Of a stretch of DNA of 16,065 nucleotides, positions 7,453-15,274 are shown one piece after another. Made by a program: the position numbers and the translations under genes. The DNA lies in contig PAVW01000016.1 in the NCBI GenBank assembly GCA_002713205.1, forward strand, positions 10,434 through 26,498, read 5' to 3'. Position 1 is the first letter of the stretch. Each line of letters opens with the position of its first letter. The DNA is from Nitrososphaerota archaeon. Its GTDB lineage: Archaea > Thermoproteota > Nitrososphaeria > Nitrososphaerales > UBA57. The notes under the pieces were generated by a model. It saw only the letters and a program-made list of their open reading frames with translations. It ran no database searches and had not been told where the DNA came from.

Positions 7453-8067
7453 ATGTTTTTATTTCTACAGTGTCTGATTTTATTTATAAAAATGTCTTCA
7501 AATCGTGTAGAAACAGAAAAAGTGGCAACATGGTTCATATATGCTGCAATAATTAATACGATTTTATCATTACTATATGTAACAGTATTTCTACTTCCAG
7601 ACACAATTGGAAATGGTCATATACCACCATCAGGAGATTTATTTTCATTATCTACTGCAGTAGCAATGTTTCCTGGAACTTGGTTATTGATAGCATTCTT
7701 TGTACATGTATTTGTAGGAATATTAGGAATGGCAGGATGGGCAGGAGTTTATTTCATATCATCAAGAGTTATGAATAAACAAACAACAAATAAATTACTT
7801 GCAAGAGGTCATTTAGTTATTACTGCATTAGGAGTATATGTCACTACAACGTTCTTTTCTTTAGCAGGATTTATTGGTGGAAGGGCAATGTTACCTGAAA
7901 CAGCATGTGTTGTACTTGTTGATCAATGTATGGGAGCTGGTGCTGCAATTGTTCAAACATTAATTAAATTTACAGTAATTCCAACAGGGGTAGGAATGGG
8001 ATTGGCTCTAACTGGAACTGCAATAGGAATAATAAATGTTCTAATTACATTAAGACAACAACAGTAA
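7453..8067 (+). CDS. Integral membrane protein of unknown family, paralogue A of a tandem pair
   Basis: The ORF has four or more hydrophobic helices. It is clearly paralogous to the next ORF, sharing blocks FPGTWLLIA..(V/I)G(I/V)(L/I)GM..W, HLV and (I/L)PTGV. Alignment with the paralogue's N-terminus (MSNLIEAR.. against MSSNRVETEK..) suggests the real start is the ATG at 7492 rather than 7453. Confidence 0.7.
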   Translation: MFLFLQCLILFIKMSSNRVETEKVATWFIYAAIINTILSLLYVTVFLLPDTIGNGHIPPSGDLFSLSTAVAMFPGTWLLIAFFVHVFVGILGMAGWAGVYFISSRVMNKQTTNKLLARGHLVITALGVYVTTTFFSLAGFIGGRAMLPETACVVLVDQCMGAGAAIVQTLIKFTVIPTGVGMGLALTGTAIGIINVLITLRQQQ

Positions 8068-8076
8068 ATCAATCAA

Positions 8077-8571
8077 ATGTCGAATTTAATTGAAGCAAGA
8101 ACTATATCAAAGTATTTTCTTATACTTGCACTAATTAATACAATAGCTGCAATTTTTTTCACTCTACCAATCTTAATACCGACATCAGGAATTCCTTTAA
8201 TTGTAGGTGTATTTCCAGGTACATGGCTTTTAATCGCTTATTTGTTATTTTTAATTGTTGGCGTAATAGGAATGCTTGCATGGAGTTTGGTATACAATTT
8301 AATTGAATCAATATTCCAAAAGAAGAATACAATAAAGAAATTAGCAATAATACATTTGGTGTTTGTAGAATTAGCGATTTATGGTTGTGCAAGTACAATG
8401 TCATTTATAGGATGGCAAGGAGGTCAAGCATTAAGACAAGGATTATCTATTGCGTCAGTAGGATTTCTTATAGAACCATATGTTCTTCCTACAGGTGTGT
8501 TTGTATCATTAGTTCTTTTAGGACAATTAATTGGAGTTTATAATATATTTTCTACAATAAGAATGAAATAA
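8077..8571 (+). CDS. Integral membrane protein of unknown family, paralogue B of a tandem pair
   Basis: The 164-aa ORF has four hydrophobic helices and starts 9 nt after paralogue A. It shares the same conserved blocks (VFPGTWLLIAYLLFLIVGVIGMLAW, IIHLVFV, VLPTGV). By eye it is roughly one-third identical to A. Confidence 0.75.
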   Translation: MSNLIEARTISKYFLILALINTIAAIFFTLPILIPTSGIPLIVGVFPGTWLLIAYLLFLIVGVIGMLAWSLVYNLIESIFQKKNTIKKLAIIHLVFVELAIYGCASTMSFIGWQGGQALRQGLSIASVGFLIEPYVLPTGVFVSLVLLGQLIGVYNIFSTIRMK

Positions 8572-8588
8572 ATTTTTACTATGTTTTT
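8572..8588 (+). terminator. Oligo-T tracts (T5 ... T5) immediately after the stop of 8077..8571; candidate archaeal intrinsic terminator
   Basis: The sequence is taa-atttttactatgttttt. Runs of five or more T are the known archaeal termination signal. The tracts lie inside the 3' coding end of the convergent thermosome-like gene. Confidence 0.3.
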
Positions 8589-10138
8589 GAATTATTCTTT
8601 GAAGTGTTATAAACATCCAATACTCTGATGATTGATATTGCAGCTTCAGTTGCGCTTATCAAAATTTGTCTTTTTAAACTAACAGGTTCAATAATTCCTT
8701 TATTTTTCATATTTGAAAATTTACGGCTAAATACATCGACTCCCATAAAATTTTTGTCAAGAGACTGATAATTTCGTATTTTAACATACGAATCTAATTT
8801 ACTCATACCTGAATTAGATGCAAGGACTAAAGGAATATATTCTAATGATTCGGCAAAAGATTTGACTGTAATTCTATCTAAATTAGCTAACTTTGTGGAA
8901 AAAATGTGTAATTTTTTAGAAATGTCAATTTCAATAGAACCCCCACCAAAAACAAAATAAGGATTAATTATGGTTTTACGTAATAACGTCAAACTTCTTT
9001 TCATAAGGTCTTCGAAACTATCGCCAAGTCTTTGATTAACAGATCGAATTAAAAGAGTATTGGCTTTGTGTAAATGTCCACCTTCAATCAGTATCCAATT
9101 TTTATCGAGAAGTTGTACAGATTTTACTGAGTTAGAATAGCCTAAAACATTCTTTGTTAAGTCTTGAGGAGTTCTAACCATAGTACAACCAGTGGAACGT
9201 TCAATCATTTCAATTTTTTTCAGAGGCACTCGCTTTACTGTTAAAATACCTGCACGCGATAATCGTTGAGTGGTCAGGTCATCAATAGTTTTATGTGAAA
9301 ATAAAACATTTGCACCACTATTAACAACGTAATCAACCATATCAAACATTATCTTTTTCTCAGAATAGAGAAAGGCATTTAGTGATTCAGGATCATGTAA
9401 TTCAATTTGTTTTTCAAAAACACCCTTATCAATTGACATAGCAGATTGAACAATAGCAATTTTTCCATTGGTAATAGATTGAGGCATTTGAGACGATAGT
9501 ACATCAGCATCAAATAATATTCCATCAATCAACAAACTTTCATTAATTGATTTTCCACCAAGTCCTAAGATATCAACATAATCGGTGCAATATTGTGATG
9601 TAAATGTTGGATCAATAGAGAACAATGCCTTAAAGATTAAATGAGACAAATCAAATGATTCTAATCGAGAAAATTTTGACGAGAGATATGTAGAAACGAT
9701 ATTTTGCCAATCGTCTAAAGTAGAAATAGGCATTTTCATCATATCAAGTAAGATAAGTGCTTCTTTCAGGGCTACATTATATCCATCTATAATTATATTA
9801 GGGTGTATTCCAAGTTCAATGTTTTTTTGTGCATTATTTATCAACTGAGAGAAGAACAATGTAGATGTAATAGTCCCATCACCAAAACTATTAGATAACG
9901 AACCAGTTAGATCAAACAAAATTTTTGCGACTGGATGTTCAAAACCAGCTTTCTCAAAAATCGATTGGCCGTCTTTAAGAATAAAAACATCACCAAATTC
10001 ATTTAAAGTTAATTTATTTAAACCATATGGACCAAATGAAGAACTCACCATTCGTGAAAGTATATTTGAGGCCATAAACATATTCTGTTGAGTAGAATTA
10101 AGTTTAGAAAACTTACTGTTAGAAACATCATCAGTCAT
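8579..10138 (-). CDS. ths: Divergent group II chaperonin (thermosome/CCT-like) paralogue
   Basis: Cpn60/TCP-1 family blocks are present but altered: FGPYGLNKL (canonical LGPKGxDKM), KDGQSI (NDGATI), FGDGTIT at 9866-9883 (GDGTTT), GIHPNIIIDGY and VFGGGSIEIDISKKL (GGGAxE). The ORF track starts at a TTG (10141). The adjacent ATG at 10136-10138 is the likelier start. Confidence 0.85.
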   Translation of the reverse strand: MTDDVSNSKFSKLNSTQQNMFMASNILSRMVSSSFGPYGLNKLTLNEFGDVFILKDGQSIFEKAGFEHPVAKILFDLTGSLSNSFGDGTITSTLFFSQLINNAQKNIELGIHPNIIIDGYNVALKEALILLDMMKMPISTLDDWQNIVSTYLSSKFSRLESFDLSHLIFKALFSIDPTFTSQYCTDYVDILGLGGKSINESLLIDGILFDADVLSSQMPQSITNGKIAIVQSAMSIDKGVFEKQIELHDPESLNAFLYSEKKIMFDMVDYVVNSGANVLFSHKTIDDLTTQRLSRAGILTVKRVPLKKIEMIERSTGCTMVRTPQDLTKNVLGYSNSVKSVQLLDKNWILIEGGHLHKANTLLIRSVNQRLGDSFEDLMKRSLTLLRKTIINPYFVFGGGSIEIDISKKLHIFSTKLANLDRITVKSFAESLEYIPLVLASNSGMSKLDSYVKIRNYQSLDKNFMGVDVFSRKFSNMKNKGIIEPVSLKRQILISATEAAISIIRVLDVYNTSKNNSKT

Positions 10139-10163
10139 CAATATATAAATAAGAAAATTAGTT

Positions 10164-10171
10164 TTTATAAA
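10164..10171 (-). promoter_or_regulatory. Candidate TATA box (TTTATAAA on the minus strand) for the thermosome-like gene
   Basis: The element is centred about 29-30 nt upstream of the ATG at 10138, inside the 38-bp gap after the MFS stop. This fits a leaderless or very short-leader transcript. The call rests on position alone. Confidence 0.3.
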
Positions 10172-10179
10172 TTATTAAT

Positions 10180-11667
10180 TTAAGTGGGATCTTTCCCTCG
10201 AATTAAAGCAAAAGAAATTCCAACAATAGCAATTAGAGCGCCAATTAGGAACGATTGACTTAGACCTTGTACATATTGGATGGCAGAAATAGAACCCCCA
10301 ACATTATAAATATCTGCGGAAAGAAAAACACCAATGACTGAAGCTCCAATAGCAAGACTGAGAGACTGACCCATATGTCTCATTGTTCCTAACATTCCAT
10401 TTGCCAAACTTCGTTGATCAGGAGGAACAGACGATAAATTAGCATTTGTATTTGGTGCTGCAAACAAAGAAAGTCCAATACCTAGAATAATTAATGAAAT
10501 TTCAATAAATAAAATTGATGAAGATAAATCAATTCTGCTCATTAATAATAATGCAATAGCAATAATAGACATCCCAAGTACGCTTAAATCTCTTGATGAA
10601 ATTAAATTGGAATATTTACCAACAAGGATAGATGCAATAACCACAGTTATAGGAAAGGCAGAAATCATAAATGCTGCTTCAATAGGGTCAAACAATCGAA
10701 TTAATTGCAAGTAAAATGAGAATAAAACAATACTATTGAAATGTGCAGCATACACGAATAAAGCAGACAAATTTGTAGATAGGAACAAACGATTATGTCG
10801 CAACATTTTTAGATCCAACACGGGATATTTCACTTTAGATTCTACAATGACAAATAATATTAGAAATATAAGAGAAAGGATGGGCAGAATAAGAAGAGGT
10901 ATAGAAATAAAAATTCTTGACCAAAGGTGGAAGTTTCCAAAAAGAGGCAGATATATTTGTTCAATATAAGCATCAATAGTAGTCCAGTTCTCTTTAGGGC
11001 CAAATGTAATAGCAACTAACAGAGTAGACAAAGTTAAAGCAAATAATGCAGAACCAAGCCAATCCATCGATTTGTTAAGAGATTTTTTACTTTCAATTAA
11101 TTTGGAATAAGTGATTGGAATAAGACACAAACCGAGAGGGATGTTAAGGAAAAACACATTTCGCCAGCCTATATATTCAGTTATAATTGAACCAAGTGCA
11201 GGACCACTGGCTATAGCAATATAGATAACAGTAACATGAATACTCATAGCCAATCGCCTCTCCTCGGGTGGAAATGCATCAGTTATTATGGCACGACTAT
11301 TAACAAGTAGTAAAGCAGCCCCAATAGCTTGTATTATTCTAAATATTAGCAATTCTGCAATAGTCTGAGAAATGCCGCTGAGAAATGAACCTACAACAAA
11401 AATACCTAATCCAATTATGAAAAACTTTTTTCGTCCATGAATATCAGAATAACGCCCGAAACTCGTCATAAATACAGTCAGGATTATAAGATAAATTACG
11501 GGAACCCATATTGCAATTTCAATACCGGTTTTAAAATCTCTGGCAATAGTTGGTAAAACTAGAGACACTATACCAGTATCTAGAGGAGCCATAAAAGTGG
11601 CTAGATTAACAATTATGAGTGTAAGCCATTTTTGATCGGAGAGAGATTTTGAAATATTGCTTAACAT
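10180..11667 (-). CDS. MFS transporter, 14-TM DHA2 (EmrB/QacA-like) drug:H+ antiporter type
   Basis: The 495-aa protein has about 14 hydrophobic segments. MFS motif A lies between TM2 and TM3 (GRYSDIHGRKKFFIIG), and the N-terminus is typical of DHA2 (LIIVNLATFMAPLDTGIVSLVLPTIARDF). The substrate cannot be inferred. Confidence 0.88.
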   Translation of the reverse strand: MLSNISKSLSDQKWLTLIIVNLATFMAPLDTGIVSLVLPTIARDFKTGIEIAIWVPVIYLIILTVFMTSFGRYSDIHGRKKFFIIGLGIFVVGSFLSGISQTIAELLIFRIIQAIGAALLLVNSRAIITDAFPPEERRLAMSIHVTVIYIAIASGPALGSIITEYIGWRNVFFLNIPLGLCLIPITYSKLIESKKSLNKSMDWLGSALFALTLSTLLVAITFGPKENWTTIDAYIEQIYLPLFGNFHLWSRIFISIPLLILPILSLIFLILFVIVESKVKYPVLDLKMLRHNRLFLSTNLSALFVYAAHFNSIVLFSFYLQLIRLFDPIEAAFMISAFPITVVIASILVGKYSNLISSRDLSVLGMSIIAIALLLMSRIDLSSSILFIEISLIILGIGLSLFAAPNTNANLSSVPPDQRSLANGMLGTMRHMGQSLSLAIGASVIGVFLSADIYNVGGSISAIQYVQGLSQSFLIGALIAIVGISFALIRGKDPT

Positions 11668-11751
11668 TATTTACTTCCTGATAATGATATTCAATAAAGA
11701 TATATCATTCTGTTTATTTAGAATAAAAATTAGTTTTTCAATATAAAATAT

Positions 11752-12351
11752 CTATGTTTTAAAAGATTCTTCTCGAATCCCATTATTATCTAGAATCAAT
11801 AAATCTATTCCATCTCCAGAAGCTGCATCGCGATTTATTGCAGATCGAATTGATTTCATAACAAGATCTTTAGCTTCTTTTTCTTGCATGTTTTTTTTAT
11901 AACCAGATTCAACAACACCAATTGCAAGTTCAGCGCCAGTACCAACAGTTGCATAATCATCAGGAATAACAGAGCCTAATGGATCTAATACATAAATTGA
12001 TGGTTTACTTTCAATTCCAGCAAGAATAACTTGGGTTAAAAGTGGAAACCAACGTTGCTGATACATTATAACAGACATTAATTTTGCTATTGAATTCGGA
12101 GTAACTGGTTGTTTTGTTTCCAATTCAATAATTCGAACATGAGCAGAAACTTCACGAACAAGAATATTCATATCTGCAATCATTCCAGCAGCAGCTGCAG
12201 CTACTTGATCCGTTATTGTAAATAGTTTTTTGGCAGATTTACTAGTAATATGAGTACCGTAAGAAACACGTTTTTCAGCACCCAATACCACTCCTTTGTC
12301 AAAAGTTAACCCTACAGCAGTAGCGCCAGGAATTTGGTATGGGATAGACAT
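11752..12351 (-). CDS. psmB: 20S proteasome beta subunit paralogue lacking the Thr1 nucleophile
   Basis: The protein aligns by eye along its length with archaeal PsmB (GATAVGLTFDKGVVLGAEKRV..., KKLF, AAAAGMIADMN, ATVGTGAELA, RDAASGDGIDL). At the propeptide junction the sequence is G9-A10-T11-A12-V13-G14 instead of the canonical G|T-T-T-V-G. Codon 10 is GCT (complement of 12322-12324). Confidence 0.88.
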   Translation of the reverse strand: MSIPYQIPGATAVGLTFDKGVVLGAEKRVSYGTHITSKSAKKLFTITDQVAAAAAGMIADMNILVREVSAHVRIIELETKQPVTPNSIAKLMSVIMYQQRWFPLLTQVILAGIESKPSIYVLDPLGSVIPDDYATVGTGAELAIGVVESGYKKNMQEKEAKDLVMKSIRSAINRDAASGDGIDLLILDNNGIREESFKT

Positions 12352-12386
12352 TATTATAACTCAAAGATTTTTCATTATTATCCTTT

Positions 12387-13412
12387 TTAAGGATTAATAC
12401 TCACGGAATAACAAAATTTATTCTTTCGACTTATCTTATAGGTCATTCCTGTAAGTAATTTAGAAATTTCCAAATTGGTTTGTAAATGAGAACTTATAGA
12501 CGATGTTAAAAAAGCAGATGGTTCTTTTGATAATGATAGAAGAGGAATTACCATATCTGCGAGATGATGATCTATTGTACAATTAGAATTATATTCGAAA
12601 AGAAATTTTTTTGAAGAGGATATTGCAAGTTGTTCAGCAGTAATATCATTATTAGTAAGAGCGTCAGATCCAATTAAGCTGTGATCAGAACAGCTAGATA
12701 TACAAATAACAGATCCTGAAGAACTAGAATCGCAAACAGAATGATTTATAGAATCTGGATATATACTGTGTTTTTCTAAGAATTTTTGTGCAGATTTACA
12801 TTGTATTTGAGCGAAGTTTTTTTTATCAGAAGTAGATATGCTATCAATAGTAATATTTTCATATGCAGGATTATTCAATGATAAAGCGTTAAGTGTTTTA
12901 GGAGATTTAATTTCGAGATTGATTTGGCCATTGCCACGTGGAAAGAATCCACGTTTTGGTATACTAATAGATACTAGGAATCCTAAAGTTTTCAATATAG
13001 GAATAACTAATCGTCGAAAATAATCAGCAGATGGACTCCAATTAACATCAGTACCGCCTAATATAGAAAAATTATATGTTTTTCCACTAATACAAATAGA
13101 CTGAATTAATGATTGTAATAGTAATGGAATACTTCCTGCAGTCCCAATATCAATTTTCATATCTTGAGAAATAATCTTATTTGGAAAAAAAGTAATTTTG
13201 GTAGAATTTAGAAAAAGGCCACTAGTTTCAGCTTGGCTAATGGTTGCAATTGATTGAATTGAAGAGAGATGTTGAGGACGAAGACCAGGTTTAGGCCTAT
13301 TAGCTCGAATATTATATATCTCAATAGATGTCTCAAGTGCAGTTGCTAATGAAACAGCAGTTCTTAATATTTGGCCACCGCCTTCACCGTGTGAACCGTC
13401 GATTCTTAACAT
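12387..13412 (-). CDS. rtcA: RNA 3'-terminal phosphate cyclase
   Basis: The N-terminal hallmark IDGSHGEGGGQILRTAVSLATAL is present. The motif carrying the adenylylated His is DHHLADMVIPLL (canonical eHlaDQ). The length of 341 aa is typical. Confidence 0.92.
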   Translation of the reverse strand: MLRIDGSHGEGGGQILRTAVSLATALETSIEIYNIRANRPKPGLRPQHLSSIQSIATISQAETSGLFLNSTKITFFPNKIISQDMKIDIGTAGSIPLLLQSLIQSICISGKTYNFSILGGTDVNWSPSADYFRRLVIPILKTLGFLVSISIPKRGFFPRGNGQINLEIKSPKTLNALSLNNPAYENITIDSISTSDKKNFAQIQCKSAQKFLEKHSIYPDSINHSVCDSSSSGSVICISSCSDHSLIGSDALTNNDITAEQLAISSSKKFLFEYNSNCTIDHHLADMVIPLLSLSKEPSAFLTSSISSHLQTNLEISKLLTGMTYKISRKNKFCYSVSINP

Positions 13413-13436
13413 TATACAAATAATGAAAATGGAGAG

Positions 13437-13443
13437 TTAAATA
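13437..13443. promoter_or_regulatory. TATA-like element (TTAAATA) centred between the divergent rtcA and nadM starts; possible shared bidirectional core promoter
   Basis: The element centre (13440) lies 28 nt from the A of the rtcA ATG (13412) and 29 nt from the A of the nadM ATG (13469). That is the spacing expected for leaderless archaeal transcripts. The call rests on position alone. Confidence 0.3.
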
Positions 13444-13448
13444 GAATC

Positions 13449-13467
13449 CCTCTCGCTAAAAGAGAGG
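13449..13467. promoter_or_regulatory. GC-rich perfect inverted repeat CCTCTC-N7-GAGAGG abutting the nadM start codon
   Basis: The arms cctctc (13449-13454) and gagagg (13462-13467) are perfectly complementary, with a gctaaaa spacer. The repeat ends 1 nt before the ATG at 13469. It stands out in an otherwise AT-rich intergenic region. Its function (operator or RNA hairpin) is unknown. Confidence 0.4.
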
Positions 13468-13468
13468 T

Positions 13469-13975
13469 ATGCGTATTGGGATATTAATTGGAAGATTTCA
13501 GCCATTGCATAAAGGGCATGTAGAAGCAATAGCTTTTTCTTTGCAATACTCTGATAAACTGTTCATAGTTATTGGAAGTTCAGAAAAGAACAATCAAAAA
13601 AGAAATCCTTTTACGTTTGAAGAAAGAAAAAATATGTTCAAATTGGCAATAAATTTCAGATCAATGAATGATAAAGCAATTAAAATTGTCCCCATAACAG
13701 ATGCAAAAGATCATTTGGAATGGGTAAAATCAATAAATAATACAATAGGAGATTATAATGTAATTTTTACAAATGATGAATTAACGGAGAAGTTATTTAA
13801 AAAACAAAACGTAGAAGTAATAAATGTACCATTATTAGATAGAGAGGAATTATCTGGTACTGAAGTGAGAAAAAGACTAGAATTAGATAAAGACTGGCAG
13901 GATTTAGTAATGCCAATAGTTGCTGAATACTTGGTAAAAATTAATGCAAGTGATAGAATAAAATCTATAATTTAG
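13469..13975 (+). CDS. nadM: Nicotinamide-nucleotide adenylyltransferase, archaeal type
   Basis: The signature GILIGRFQPLHKGHVEAI (GRFQPxHxGH) and the C-terminal LSGTEVRKRL (SxTxxR) are present. The length is 168 aa. The 3' end overlaps the convergent aminotransferase gene by 11 bp. Confidence 0.9.
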   Translation: MRIGILIGRFQPLHKGHVEAIAFSLQYSDKLFIVIGSSEKNNQKRNPFTFEERKNMFKLAINFRSMNDKAIKIVPITDAKDHLEWVKSINNTIGDYNVIFTNDELTEKLFKKQNVEVINVPLLDREELSGTEVRKRLELDKDWQDLVMPIVAEYLVKINASDRIKSII

Positions 13976-15173
13976 ATCGAATGTTTGTAAGATTCTTCAT
14001 TGCTACATCCAAAGCAGAATCAAGATTTGCATTAAAACCAAGACGCCTAAGGTTATTTCCAATAGCAGAAATTGTAGTAAGAACATGATATTGATTAACC
14101 ATACCTAGACTGCCAACTCTGAACAATTTACCTACATAATCACCAAATCCGCCAGCTACAACTACACCATATTGTGTTTCTAGAGAACTACGAAAATCTT
14201 TGTCTTTAATTCCATCAGGATAAGCTACAGAAATCACAGTATTAGAACGGACTTCTTGTACACCAAAGAGTTTCAAGCCCATTGCTTCAAAAGCATCATA
14301 AAATGCTTTACCACAATATCCATGTCTAAGATATCTATTATCCATTCCTTCATCTAACATTAAATCAAAAGCTTTGTCTAAAGCAAAATACAATGGTAAC
14401 GCAGGAGTAAACGGCGTTTGTGATTTTTTATCAAAGAAGTTAATATAACGAGGTAAATTAAGAAAATGAAGTTTTTGTGTGTCCTTGAAAATTTGATCTT
14501 TGTATTTAGTACTAATAGAAATCAATGCAAGGCCAGGAGGTGCAGCAATAGATTTTTGGCTGCAAGTAGCTATAAAATCAATATTGTAATCACGAAGAGG
14601 CATTTTATCAGCACCCCAATTTGAAACTGCATCAGCAATTAAGAACGCACCGTGTTTTGATGTCAAATCACCGGCTTCTTTGAGCCAATGACACATTGCA
14701 CCAGAAGAGGTCTCATTAGTAACAATGTAAACTGCCTTTGTATCAGGATTTGTTTCTAACGCACGTTCAAGATCAGACAATGACGGATAATCTCCATAAT
14801 CTGCAATAAGTTGAATTGGAGAAGCCCCAACACCGGATATTTGTTCAGAAACACGACTGCCAAATTCTCCACAAACAGTGACTATAGCTTTATCACCTTT
14901 TCTAAGTATATTGGTAATGCTAGCTTCTACAGCTGCAGTACCTGAAGCAGTAAGAATAACAATATTTTCATCGCATTCAAATAGAATATTACCTTTACGA
15001 ACAACTTTATCCATAAGAGAACTAAAATCACTAGTACGATGTCCTATACTAGGAGAAATCATAGCCTCAGTCACTTCAATAGGAACATTTGTGGGTCCAG
15101 GAAGCATAATGAGTTTTTGAAACGTACCAAAGTTAGAATGGGTCGACATTTTTAATATTGTAAATGAATTCAC
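13965..15173 (-). CDS. Class V PLP-dependent aminotransferase (serine-glyoxylate / alanine-glyoxylate / phosphoserine aminotransferase-like)
   Basis: Motifs seen: LIMLPGPTNVP..V..AM, TASGTAAVEA, NETSSGA, LIADAVSNWG, and the PLP-lysine motif CSQKSIAAPPGLA. The ATG at 15149 (MSTHSNFG...) is an equally or more plausible start than 15173. Substrate specificity cannot be read from the sequence. Confidence 0.88.
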   Translation of the reverse strand: MNSFTILKMSTHSNFGTFQKLIMLPGPTNVPIEVTEAMISPSIGHRTSDFSSLMDKVVRKGNILFECDENIVILTASGTAAVEASITNILRKGDKAIVTVCGEFGSRVSEQISGVGASPIQLIADYGDYPSLSDLERALETNPDTKAVYIVTNETSSGAMCHWLKEAGDLTSKHGAFLIADAVSNWGADKMPLRDYNIDFIATCSQKSIAAPPGLALISISTKYKDQIFKDTQKLHFLNLPRYINFFDKKSQTPFTPALPLYFALDKAFDLMLDEGMDNRYLRHGYCGKAFYDAFEAMGLKLFGVQEVRSNTVISVAYPDGIKDKDFRSSLETQYGVVVAGGFGDYVGKLFRVGSLGMVNQYHVLTTISAIGNNLRRLGFNANLDSALDVAMKNLTNIRSKL

Positions 15174-15274
15174 AGATACATAACCCTTTCTTAAAATAAC
15201 TGAATTTGTTTTTTACAATATAATTTCGTATATTCGAGAAATTATTCAAATACTCGGAAATAAAATAAATAGCC

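Noticed and set aside
7453-7491. The 13-codon N-terminal extension (MFLFLQCLILFIK) on paralogue A in the ORF track.
   Set aside because: It is probably not translated. The tandem paralogue aligns from the ATG at 7492 (MSSNRVETEK against MSNLIEAR). I kept the longer coordinates in the feature table only because I cannot exclude it.
10154-10166. An exact 13-mer, aaaattagttttt, found downstream of both the MFS stop (about 10154-10166) and the psmB stop (about 11726-11738). I considered it as a shared terminator or regulatory motif.
   Set aside because: A rough estimate for this base composition and window size suggests several exact 13-mer matches would occur by chance. The motif is almost pure A/T. 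I cannot count genome-wide recurrence here.
10736-10969. A 77-aa plus-strand ORF inside the MFS transporter gene. The same applies to 12838-13023 inside rtcA and 14878-15120 inside the aminotransferase gene.
   Set aside because: Each is antisense to a confidently identified gene, has no recognisable motif, and is too short to stand out in AT-rich DNA.
11668-11751. A possible C/D-box sRNA or other small RNA in the 84-bp psmB-MFS intergenic region, which contains ctga and aatgata-like strings.
   Set aside because: There is no proper RUGAUGA box C. The CUGA lies 5' of the box-C-like string, which is the wrong order. There is no terminal stem. The region is better explained as the MFS promoter plus the psmB 3' end.
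15174-15274. A possible tRNA or ncRNA, or a regulatory hairpin (tcgag...ctcgg), in the largest intergenic region of about 100 bp.
   Set aside because: The region is uniformly AT-rich and has no GC-rich stems of tRNA type. The inverted repeat is only 4 bp perfect. It is more likely a plain divergent promoter region for the aminotransferase and FKBP genes.
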